Shown: one piece after another, positions 52,635-64,000 of the stretch
How positions within the stretch are numbered: the stretch's first letter is position 1
Layout: every line of letters starts with the position of its first letter
Source: Octopus vulgaris
Taxonomy: Eukaryota
Reading direction: 5' to 3'
Assembly: GCA_951406725.2 (NCBI GenBank)
Contig: OX597814.1
Location: forward strand, 208,444,001 to 208,508,000
Length of the DNA: 64,000 bases
Notes under the pieces: generated by a model
Databases searched by the model: none
What the model was told of the DNA's origin: nothing
Seen by the model: only the letters and a program-made list of their open reading frames with translations
Made by a program: the position numbers and the translations under genes

Positions 52635-52812
52635 CATCCTCATCATCATCATCATCGTTTAACGTCTGCTTTCCATGCTGGCATGGGTTGGATGGTTTGA
52701 CTGTGGACTGGCAAGCCAGAAGGCTTCACCAGGCTCCAGTCTGATCTGGCAAGGTTTCTACAGCTGGATGCCCTTCATAACATCAACCAGTCCGAGTGTG
52801 CAGTGGATGCTT
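52635..52812 (-). mobile_element. Family G retroposon
   Basis: Family match. Confidence 0.85.
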
Positions 52813-53459
52813 GTGCTTGTGTCTCTTAACACTCATCTATCCCTATATTTCTGCATGTGTGTGTGTGAAGGTGTGTTTGCCAAAAAGTACTATTATCAAA
52901 ATAGGTTGAATGTCCAGTCAACTGTGCCAAGTTATCAGCATCCAAACCGTAATGGTGATGCTCAGTCATCACATTCTAGAATATACTTATCTGTGAATGA
53001 ATATAAGTATGCATGTAGTGTATATGCATATACACATGTGCATATGAGTCTGCACGTGGATACATACACACCTGGGATATGTGCATATGCATATGTCATG
53101 ATTCTTGTGGCCAGTAAATGACAGCAGTGGTGTTCAACCATTTCTAGTTTCATACTCTTACAGATGTACATATGCACTCTCACATATGCACATTCATACA
53201 TGCAGCCCATGCACAACACACACAAACATGCGACACACACACACACACACACATATATATGTGTGTGTATATATATTACTAAAATTATAATTTAGGGTAT
53301 CTAAGAGATACCACCATGCTGGAAACAGCAGCCAAAACGTGACTCTAAAACTACATTTATGTGGTTTTAGAGTCAAGTATAATTATTACCTTTGGAGGGT
53401 TTTTTTTCCCACTTGATAAGATCGATATTTAAATAACGATCTTATCCTTAATTATATAA

Positions 53460-53522
<63 letters not shown>

Positions 53523-53746
53523 TATATATACACACACTCACATGCAATTGCACAATGTACATATCTCAAAACACTGATAACACACTAGATGCATATTACA
53601 CACACACTCCTTAAAACCTTAACAACACACCAGGTCAGAAGCCACATAACGCACTAAATACATGTCATACATCACAACTCTTGCACACAAGCATACAGCT
53701 ACCACAAAATACACAAACATCACAAAAATCAACACCAAACACTTTA

Positions 53747-53813
53747 TATATTACACACATACACATACAAACACACACCAAACCACACACTCACACACAC
53801 AACACACATGCAT

Positions 53814-53859
<46 letters not shown>

Positions 53860-54408
53860 TGACACAAACACACAGACATTATATTACATACATACACATA
53901 CAAACACACACCAAACCACACACTCACACACACAACACACATGCATGCACACACACACACACACACAGAATGACACAAACACACAGACATTATATTACGC
54001 ACATACACATACAAACACACACCAAACCACACACTCACACACACAACACACATGCATGCACACACACACACACACACAGAATGACACAAACACACAGACA
54101 TTATATTACACACATACACATACAAACACACACCAAACCACACACTCACACACACAACACACATGCATGCACACACACACACACACACACACATACACAC
54201 ACAGAATGACACAAACACACAGACATTATATTACGCACATACACATACAAACACACACCAAACCACACACTCACACACACAACACACATGCATGCACACA
54301 CACACACACACACACACAGAATGACACAAACACACAGACATTATATTACACACATACACATACAAACACACACCAAACCACACACTCACACACACAACAC
54401 ACATGCAT

Positions 54409-54448
<40 letters not shown>

Positions 54449-55110
54449 TGACACAAACACACAGACATTATATTACGCACATACACATACAAACACACAC
54501 CAAACCACATACTCACACACACAACACACATGCATGCACACACACACACACACACACACAGAATGACACAAACACACAGACATTATATTACACACATACA
54601 CATACAAACACACACCAAACCACACACTCACACACACAACACACATGCATGCACACACACACACACACACACACAGAATGACACAAACACACAGACATTA
54701 TATTACGCACATACACATACAAACACACACCAAACCACACACTCACACACACAACACACATGCATGCACACACACACACACACACACACAGAATGACACA
54801 AACACACAGACATTATATTACATACATACACATACAAACACACACCAAACCACACACTCACACACACAACACACATGCATGCACACACACACACACACAC
54901 ACACAGAATGACACAAACACACAGACATTATATTACACACATACACATACAAACACACACCAAACCACACACTCACACACACAACACACATGCATGCACA
55001 CACACACACACACACACACAGAATGACACAAACACACAGACATTATATTACGCACATACACATACAAACACACACCAAACCACACACTCACACACACAAC
55101 ACACATGCAT

Positions 55111-55146
<36 letters not shown>

Positions 55147-55235
55147 TGACACAAACACACAGACATTATATTACGCACATACACATACAAACACACATCA
55201 AACCACACACTCACACACACAACACACATACATGC

Positions 55236-55279
<44 letters not shown>

Positions 55280-55420
55280 TGACACAAACACACAGACATT
55301 ATATTACGCACATACACATACAAACACACATCAAACCACATACTCACACACACAACACACATGCATGCACACACACACACACATTACACATACAGAATGA
55401 CACAAACACACAGACATTAT
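53747..55420. repeat. CA-rich minisatellite, ~111-133-bp unit, ~14 copies
   Basis: The anchor cagaatgacacaaacacacagacattat occurs 14 times; unit length varies with an internal (CA)n. Confidence 0.95.
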
Positions 55421-55709
55421 TTTATCATCATACTTTAAAAGTTGGAATGGTTAACAAGGAAATAAACTGGAGAAGACCTACGCATGTCTGTGTCAAAGAT
55501 GAAGAATGAAGGAAACTCATATAAGTAACGGTGGAGTTAAATTTGGATCAGGCATTCAAAATTGATTTATTGCTTCGAAAATTATTTTCCCCTTCTAAAC
55601 GTTTATTTTTCTTCCTCCCACTAGCAGAATTCTTCCAGATCAATTTGGGTTATTTGTGACTGTTTCCAGTTTGTATGAAGATTTATATTTATATCTCTGT
55701 TCTGTTCTG

Positions 55710-55770
<61 letters not shown>

Positions 55771-55847
55771 TGTATGTGTGTGTGTGTGTGTGTACTTTAT
55801 ATACTTAAAAAGCCTAAGTTCAAAAACTAATTAGATCACTGATGAAA

Positions 55848-55901
<54 letters not shown>

Positions 55902-56003
55902 CACCACCACCACCACCACCACTACCACTACTAGTAGTACTACTACCAACACCACCACCACCACCACCACCACCACCACCACCACCACCACCACCACTAC
56001 TAT

Positions 56004-56053
<50 letters not shown>

Positions 56054-56092
56054 ATACTATCACCGCTGCTGCTGCTGGTGATGATGATGATG
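55848..56092. repeat. Compound (TAC)n(CAC)n...(CAC)n(TAC)n microsatellite
   Basis: Seen directly. Confidence 0.95.
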
Positions 56093-56549
56093 ATACTGGA
56101 AACAGAGCTAAATGCGAAAAACAAGATAATTGGTATCAACACTGTAGCCGTCGCAGTTATAAGTTACAGCTACAGTATTCTTAACTGAACACTAAATGAA
56201 TTAATCAAAATAGACAGGAAAGCAAGAAAAATAATGAGACGATTTAGGATGTGTCACCCGAAATCTGGCATAGAAAGGTCATATATACTGTGTACCAAAG
56301 GTGGCAGAGGCCTTATACAGCTAGAAAACTATTATAAAATAACCACTGCCGGACTAACGAAATACCTACTTCAGAAGCAAGGAAAACTAATACAAATAGC
56401 CACAAAACACGAACAAAACAAAAAATATCTTCAAGTCTTTAAGGAAGCTGACAAATACAAAAAAGACGTCATAGTACCTAACAACTATGAAGAGAGAGGA
56501 AACAGCAAAAGCTGTAAAACAACTGAAATCCAAACTAAAACTGGAATAG

Positions 56550-57116
56550 TTTTATCTTGCCCAGGATATCAATCGTCTGGAAGCTGTTCAGCGATGTGCA
56601 ATCAAAAGAATACCCTCCATCAGGCATTTGCCATATTCTGAACGCCTTACTTTCCTGGGCATGAACACATTGAAACTCCGACGTCTGGCATCTGACTTGG
56701 CAGACACATAAAATTATCAACCATCTCACAAACAATAACTCTGAGCACCTTTTCGAACTCCACCCGTCTAACACCCGTGGACATATTTACAAAGTCAGAA
56801 AACAGCACAGCTCCCATGACTTTCGGAAACATTTTTTCGTGCTGAGAGTTGCTGAAGCATGGAACAGACTGCCGGCATCAGTTGTTAGTTGTCGGAGCAC
56901 TGCATCCTTCAAAACTTCCATGCTTCCTGAGATTCGCTAACACTACACCTGATTTTCTCCCCTCCATACACACACAAGCATGTATCTGACTCATACACTG
57001 TTCGTTTTCCAGACATCTGTACATTACTGCATATACTTTATACGCACTTTCTGACAAGTTGTGGTGCACCTGAGCACTGTATTCAATCATTTCATTATTA
57101 TTATTATTATTATTAT
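56550..57116 (+). mobile_element. CR1-type LINE 3' fragment nested in the R4/Dong element
   Basis: DINRLEAVQRCAIKRIPSIRHLPYSERLTFLGMNTLKLRRL..TRGHIYKV..FFVLRVAEAWNRLP; (ATT)n tail. Confidence 0.9.
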
Positions 57117-57233
57117 AAAACAAAAAATATCTTCAAGTCTTTAAGGAAACTGACAAATACAAAAAAGACGTCATAGTACCTAACAACTATGAAGAGAAAG
57201 AAGAAACAGCAAAAGCTGTAAAACAACTGCTAG

Positions 57234-57531
57234 TCTTTATATATAAAAGTGAAGTTGTGTGCCTGTCTCCTACGATTTAGATTCCTAACTACTCCCACAT
57301 TTTGCAGTGCAGTGTAACCAAAAGCGGGTATCTTATAGTCGTGATTCATATCAAGCCCTTCTGGGTATTAGCGCGTGTCTACGATGAGTCTACGATTTAA
57401 AAAAAATTTACGATAATTTTTTCCCATTTTTAATGCATTTTTTCACTATTATATAAGGGAAGTAACTCTCTAAAAATGCTTATATAGTTATTTCCCTTAC
57501 AAACCTGAGCAACGCCGGGCGATACTGCTAG
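57234..57531 (+). mobile_element. Non-autonomous Helitron, copy 4 (short form without the internal duplication)
   Basis: TCtttatatataaaag...cctgagcaacgccgggcgatactgCTAG|T. Confidence 0.88.
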
Positions 57532-58400
57532 TCCACACTAAAACTGAAATAGCAATGGATCATGATAAAACAATGGCAAGAAAAGCCCCTTTATAGCAAA
57601 TACTGGGTTAAACTAGACAGAAAAGAAATAGACAAAGCAAAATCTCAATAATGGCTGAGAAACTCAGGACTCAAAGCAGGGACTGAAAGATTTTTAATTT
57701 CAGCACAAGATTAAAGTCTTCCCACCAGAAATTACCAAAAACAAGTAATGAAAAGAAAGACAACATGTAACTTCAGAATATGTGGGGATGGAGAAGAAAC
57801 AATAAATCATATTATCTCTAGCTGCCCAGTCCTGGCTAAGAAGAAATATATTCGCAGACACGACAGAGTTGGGGCCTATATACACCGGAAACTTTGCCAA
57901 CACTATGGAATAACAACAGAAAAAAGATGGTATAGGCACATGTCAAAAAGGTCACAGAAAATGAGAAAGCATATGCCAGTACATACAGATAGAGAAATTA
58001 AGGCCAATAGGCCAGATATAGTTGTCAGAGATCACTAAGAAAAAATGCTTTCTAATTGATGTATCAATACCAACAGATGACAATGTTTCTCTAAAAGAAA
58101 TGGAGAAACTTTCAACATACAAAAATCTGGAAATAGAGGTAACCAGAATGTAGAGTCGAAAAAACAGAAACAATTCCTATCATAGCAGGTACCAAGACAA
58201 ACAAAAATACCAGAACTAACAAGTATATAAACATACAGAAAATAGCACTACTAAGCACTACACACATCCCACATAAAACACTTTCTATACAGTAAAAATA
58301 AGAGCATCACGACAAACTGCAGCACATATCCAAGGCACACAGAACTGCTCGGTAGTGCATTGAAAGTATGTGATAAAAATAAGACTTCTGAATAATGATG

Positions 58401-58436
<36 letters not shown>

Positions 58437-58534
58437 TTATATAGGACTGAGGTAACTCCTCCAGAAGTTATACAGAAATAAAAAATAGAAGAGTGCAATA
58501 GTTATCATGTGAAATTGGTTGAACAATATGTCGG

Positions 58535-58593
<59 letters not shown>

Positions 58594-58815
58594 CAACAAT
58601 AATATTTTCTACTATAGGCACAAGGCCTGAAATTTTGGGGTAGGAGGCTAGTTGATGACATCAACCTCAGTGTGTAACCAGTGCTTATTTCATCAACCCT
58701 GAAAGGATGAAAGGCAAAGTTGACTTTGACAGAATTTGAACTCAGAAAATAAGGACGGATGAAATGCTGCTAAACATTTTGCCTGCTTTGCTAACAATTT
58801 TGTCAGCTTGCTGCC

Positions 58816-58867
<52 letters not shown>

Positions 58868-59010
58868 CATTATTATTATTATTATAGAAGAAGAAGAAGA
58901 AGAAGAAGAAGAAGAAGAAGAAGAAGAAGAAGAAGAAGAAGAAGAAGAAGGAGAAGAAGAAGAAGAAGAAGAAGAAGAAGAAGAAGAAGAAGAAGAAGAA
59001 GAAGAAGAGC
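58816..59010. repeat. (TTA)n(GAA)n compound microsatellite
   Basis: Seen directly. Confidence 0.95.
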
Positions 59011-60629
59011 AACAACAACAATATTTCTCCTATAGGTATAAGGCTGGAAATTTCGGATGTGAGGGCTAAGTCAATCACATTGACTTCAGTGCTTAACTGG
59101 TACTTAATTTATTGATCCTGAAAGGATGAAAATCAAAGTGAACTTTGGTGGGATTTCAGAAGAAATGTTGTGAAACATTTTTCCCTGTATGCTAATAATA
59201 TATAGCATTGTAAAATGTAAATGTGTTCTAGTTTTATTTTTTATTATCAACATTTTGTTATAGTTTTGTATGAGTTCCTTATAGTTTGTTGGGAACATTA
59301 AATTCTCTAAATCTATTCAATATTTCTAGAACACCAGTGTCACATTCAGGATAAAGTCAAGTTAGTATGTATTGTTGCTTCTTTATCATAAGTTAGTGTT
59401 GACAACCATTAAAATTATATATCATCAATCAGGTAGATTTAAAAAAAAAATTTCGATTAGAGAATGTTGTTTGTATGTTTATTCTAGCATATTTTAGTTG
59501 TTATTAATGTTCATCCCATTATTAATCATCAGTTTTTTGTGAGCAATACTCTATAGCATTGATGTATTGTTCATTGTTATTTTGCTAATTTTATTTTGTG
59601 TTGTATAAAAGGACCCCTTTCGGTCATTGCACTGAGAAAGTTCCCCTCCAAGGCACAAGTCCGAGCAAGGTTGTTTATAGAAGACCAGCAGTCGCCCATG
59701 CATACAGGCCTCTCCTCTCCATGCCATGATGTTATTCAAAGGAAAGGCAAACACTGATACAGCTTGGCACTAATGACGTCACGACTCACTTCTACAGCTG
59801 AGTGAACTGGAGCAATGTGAAATAAAGTGTCTTGTTCAAGAACACAGCACACAGCCCGGTCTTGGATTCAAACTCTCTACTTCATGAGCCCAACACTTTA
59901 ACACTGAGCCATGTGCTGTGTAATGCATTGTTAATTGTTATGCTCTTTGCAGCAGATGCATAGTCAATCAGTAGGAAAATATTGTGCTTGAATGGCCATG
60001 AAACTGTTAGAGTTGTGAAGTTTATAGCTTTCACATTTGAAATCAAATTTATAAATCACATTGGCCATCAGTAATTTGTTCACGAGTTTACATGCTTATG
60101 GCTTTTAATTTTAATTTTAGTGTTTTTGTAGTATATTATTAATGTTAATTTGCATTTAGAGTAATGCATTTTGTGTTTATTTTGAAAGGTTTTGGTTGAA
60201 TGCGATCATTTTTTTTCTATGGTATGTATTTGATGCATTTTGTACACTTTCTATGTGGTTTGTGTATTTTTAATAGGCATGGAATGTCAGAAGCGCTGCA
60301 TGCATTGTGTTTCTCATTGTATTGTTCTAAGGCTTTATCCATTAGCTTGTCAAGAACCTCATTGTCGATTAGTGTTTGTTATATTTGATGGATTTCTTTA
60401 TCTAGTGTTTTATCTGCAAAGGTTTTATTCATTCCATTCATGTAAATGCTTTTCTAAGTAGACATTTTACCAATGACATTTGGTATCAGTGTAGCCATTT
60501 ACTGTTGCCATGTAAGTATATGAAAATCTTTATTTGTTACTGTTGTGGAAATGGAAACAATACACATGGGTTTTTTTTCTGTCTGAAAGCTTATATCTGA
60601 TTAAGACTTTTTCTTCCTATGTGTCTATT

Positions 60630-61084
60630 ATGGCACCTGTGTCGGTGGCACATAAAAACACCATCCGAGCGTGGCCGTCTGCCAGCCTCGTCTGGCACCT
60701 GTGTCGGTGGCACATAAAAACACCATCCGAGCGTGGCCGTCTGCCAGCCTCGTCTGGCACCTGTGTCGGTGGCACATAAAAAACACCATCCGAGCGTGGC
60801 CGTCTGCCAGCCTCGTCTGGCACCTGTGTCGGTGGCACATAAAAAACACCATCCGAGCATGGCCGTTTGCCAGCCTCGTCTGGCACCTGTGTCGGTGGCA
60901 CATAAAATCACCCACTACACTCTCGGAGTGGTTGGCGTTAGGAAGGGCATCCAGCTGTAGAAACACTGCCAGATCTGACTGGACTGGTGCAGCTTTCGGG
61001 CTCCCCAGACCCCAGTTGAACCGTCCAACCCATGCTAGCATGGAAAGCGGACGTTAAATGATGATGATGATGATGATGATGATG
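60630..61084 (+). mobile_element. Family G retroposon with ~4.5 tandem 60-63-bp units
   Basis: tggcacctgtgtcggtggcacataaaaacaccatccgagcgtggccgtctgccagcctcgtc is repeated, followed by the family body and (GAT)n tail. Confidence 0.9.
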
Positions 61085-61498
61085 TCATCCACATACCAAG
61101 TGGATATTGTATATTAAGGTCTTGGTATCACTTCTTTTCTTAGAACATTCTGATTGTGAGCCCTAAGGAAGAACCCATTATCACTCTATCTTTCTGCTTT
61201 AATGATTTGCTTTGTGGACAGTGACAGAGTACTTCTGAGAAAAGAGGACAAAAATAATTTCTTCTGTACATCAGTGGTTTTATTTTTGGGTGTAATTAGT
61301 GATATATTCCAACTACATCACTACATCTTGAAGATGAAGCTTTGAAAATCTTAAAATGTTGATGATAGATTTTAAGGAACCTTACTGTTCCAAAGAAACT
61401 GCAAATAATTCATAAGAAAATATGAAAAGAACTTTGATAATAAAACAGTTTGTGTTTTCAGTACAACTTGTGTAAAAAGAAGAACAGTTCCTTTATAT

Positions 61499-61542
<44 letters not shown>

Positions 61543-61748
61543 GTTCTCTAGAGAACATTCTTTTCTTTGTTGTATGATCGCAGGTGATCTACTTCTAGCA
61601 TATGGCTAACTACATAGTGGTCTTTTAGCCCTTTAAATATACACATCTATTAGAATTTTTTCTGATTCTTCAGATTTTTGTATGCTAGGCTACTGGTTTT
61701 ATATTGATATTAATTAAATTAATATTCAATTTATCTCCCTCATTATTT

Positions 61749-61786
<38 letters not shown>

Positions 61787-61789
61787 TAG

Positions 61790-62103
61790 TGTGAAGGTGT
61801 GTGGTTTAGTGGTTAGGGTATTCGGCTTACGATCACAATGTTGTGAGTTCAATTCCTGGCAACATGTGTCCTTGAGCAAGAGATTTTCTTTCACATTGCT
61901 CCAGTCCACTCAGCTGGCAAAAAAGAGCAGTACCTGAATTTCAAAGGGCCAGCCTTGTCACACTCTGTGTCATACTGAGGGTCCATGATGTTAAGGGTAC
62001 ACATGTCTGTGGTGTGCTCAGCCACTTGCACATAAATTTCACGAGCAAGCTGTTCCATTGATCAGATCAACTGGAACCCTTGTTGTTCTAACTAATGTAG
62101 TGC
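61790..62103 (+). mobile_element. tRNA-SINE with a family B-type 3' half, diverged
   Basis: Head gtggtttagtggttagggtattcggc; tail tcaaagggccagccttgtcac...gatcaactggaaccct. Confidence 0.7.
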
Positions 62104-62173
62104 TAGTATTTACACATGTGTGTGGTCAAATGGCAGAAAAGGGCACTCAACACATTTAGTAGGAGCTACATGT

Positions 62174-62331
62174 ATTATTTAAGACAGTTTGATTCAGTTC
62201 CATGATACTTCAAGTTTTGCAGGCCCCTAATGGGAGCCCGACTCCTTCAGAAGCCTGAAGGAATTGAGCTCCTGTTAGGGACCTGTGAAACTTAAAGTAG
62301 CACAGGACCAAATGAAACTGTTTTAAATAAT
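62174..62331. repeat. 158-bp ungapped imperfect palindrome (fold-back or MITE-like)
   Basis: 77-nt arms around a 4-nt loop aagc (62251-62254). Confidence 0.85.
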
Positions 62332-62799
62332 GTGTGTGTATGTGTGTATGTGTGTGGGTGTGTGTGTGTGTATGTGTGTGTGTGTGTGTGTACTGTGTGC
62401 ATGTGTGTGTGTGATCATCATCATTAGCTGATGTCCATAGTCATGGTGGCATGGGCTGGACAGCTTGGCAGGATCTACTGGGTCTAAGGACTGCATCATG
62501 CTCCAATGTCTGCCTTCGCATGGCTAACATTGGAACATAACACAGATTGAATGAAAATGTCTATCTCACACCAGCACAGAATATGGATGTTAAATGATAA
62601 TGATCATGATTATTATATTTCTCTCTCTAGATGTGTGTGTATGTGTGCATGTGTACATGTAAGTATGTGTGCTTATGCATGTGTGTGTATATGATGTATG
62701 TGTGTGTGTGTATTTATAATGTATATGTGTGTGTGTATATATAAATGTTTGTGTGTGTGAGTGTGTGTGTGTATAGAAATCAATGCCATATGAAATTAT

Positions 62800-63212
62800 T
62801 TACTCTTTACTCTTTTTACTCTTTTACTTGTTTCAGTCATTTGATGCGGCCATGCTGGAACACCACCTCTAATCGAGCAACTCGACCCCAGGACTTATTC
62901 TTTGTAAGCCCAGTACTTATTTTATTGGTCTCTTTTGCCGAACCGCTAAGTTACGGGGACATAAACACACCAGCATCGGTTGTCAAGCAATGTTAGGGGG
63001 ACAAACACAGACACACAAACACACACACACATATATATATACATATATACAACGGGCTTCTTTCAGTTTCCGTCTACCAAATTCACTCACAAGGCTTTGG
63101 TCGGCCCGAGGCTATAGTAGAAGACACTTGCCCAAGGTGCCACGCAGTGGGACTGAACCCGAAACCATGTGGTTGGTAAGCAAGCTACTTACCACACAGG
63201 CACTCCTGCGCC
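62800..63212 (-). mobile_element. SINE family A, full length
   Basis: Family match. Confidence 0.9.
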
Positions 63213-64000
63213 TATTTGACAACAATTTTGTCAGAATTGGCTGACTTGTACACCTGATCACTCAGTTCATGAACTGCTACACACACACACATTTATATGT
63301 ATAAATGCATTTGGCTATACAAACAGAAGAGAAAGTGTTCAATACAAATATTAATGGATAGCTATTCATTCAGAGTTGATGTTGATGAATGATAGACCTC
63401 ATTGCAACTTCCCCAATTTTTTTTTCTAGGCTTATTCAACGACAGATACATTATTTAACAACAGGTACACAATTTTGCCAAGCACTTTTTTCTCTTTGTA
63501 TGACATGTCCATGCTTTCACACTTCCACAGAGTTATTTCTTTCACATTCGTAGGCCGATGTCTTTATTATTCAACCATTCTCCCAGCTCAACTTTGCTTC
63601 ACCTTTCATGCAACTTATTATGAGAGAATAATACTTCACATTTTCCTATTGAGAGTTTGCAGATCTTCTGCATTCAATACCAATATCTCATTGTAACACG
63701 CTGTCCATATAATATATTTTTCCCATGGAAAGAGAAACAGTTGTTGCTAAGGAAAGTAAACATCCCTTGGAAATACCTCTGATCGGTTTTTTTTTATTAT
63801 CATTAGTATACTATTGTTACAAGCATCTATAGCACTGATTAAATCACTTGGGAAGTAGAAATGATATCTAATGAGTTGTCTGAGAAGTTCATGAATTCCT
63901 TTCATGGACACTTAATTCTAACTACTTTTGGTTCACTGTTAGTTTACCACACATTCCATATATCTTATGTATCCATATATCTTATGTATCCATATATTGC

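Larger units (their letters stand above)
56092..58434 (+). mobile_element. 5'-truncated R4/Dong-like (restriction-like endonuclease) non-LTR retrotransposon, interrupted twice
   Basis: NAKNKIIGINTVAV..IDRKARKIM..HPKSGIERSY..GGRGLIQLE; CCHC-like knuckle (F)RICGDGEETINHIISSC; RRHD; NRPDIVV..LIDVSIP..KEMEK..YKNL (PD-(D/E)xK type); (TAA)n tail at 58391-58434. Confidence 0.88.

Noticed and set aside
60189-60388. Possible two-exon structure with a ~55-nt intron
   Set aside because: The spliced products are short, end in stops and resemble nothing recognisable.
60630-60910. CRISPR-like regular repeats; also 8328-9239 and 53747-55420
   Set aside because: There are no unique spacers and no cas genes, and the context is eukaryotic; these are tandem duplications.
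63430-63710. Possible Tc1 transposase C-terminal relic on the minus strand (..RPTNVKE..)
   Set aside because: Too degraded; I could not establish catalytic motifs or TIRs.

Overview
AT-rich eukaryotic (animal) genomic DNA with no confidently identifiable host protein-coding exon, rRNA or bona fide tRNA gene. It is probably intronic or intergenic. The retroposon families resemble those I associate with cephalopod (Octopus-like) genomes; this is an inference, not a database result. The window is a transposable-element graveyard. It holds about 18 copies or fragments of one tRNA-derived SINE with a central (TA)n(TG)n tract, several other tRNA-SINE families, a (GAT)n-tailed RTE-associated retroposon family, and decayed CR1-, RTE- and R4/Dong-type LINEs. 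It also contains four non-autonomous Helitrons, Tc1/mariner and piggyBac-type MITEs, a maT-like transposase relic, many microsatellites and a 14-copy ~115-bp minisatellite. Nearly all ORF-track entries are microsatellite or TE artefacts. The most interesting observations are: (1) a minimal type-I hammerhead ribozyme with a compensatory U3-A8 core, inside a ~275-bp insertion in a (TA)n tract (likely Penelope-like); (2) a three-layer R4/Dong<CR1<Helitron nest with a 135-bp flanking duplication and a head-to-tail Helitron junction; (3) in-window evidence of two SINE/LINE 3'-tail partnerships, one with stem covariation; (4) a PHD finger inside an RTE reverse transcriptase; (5) several fold-back structures.
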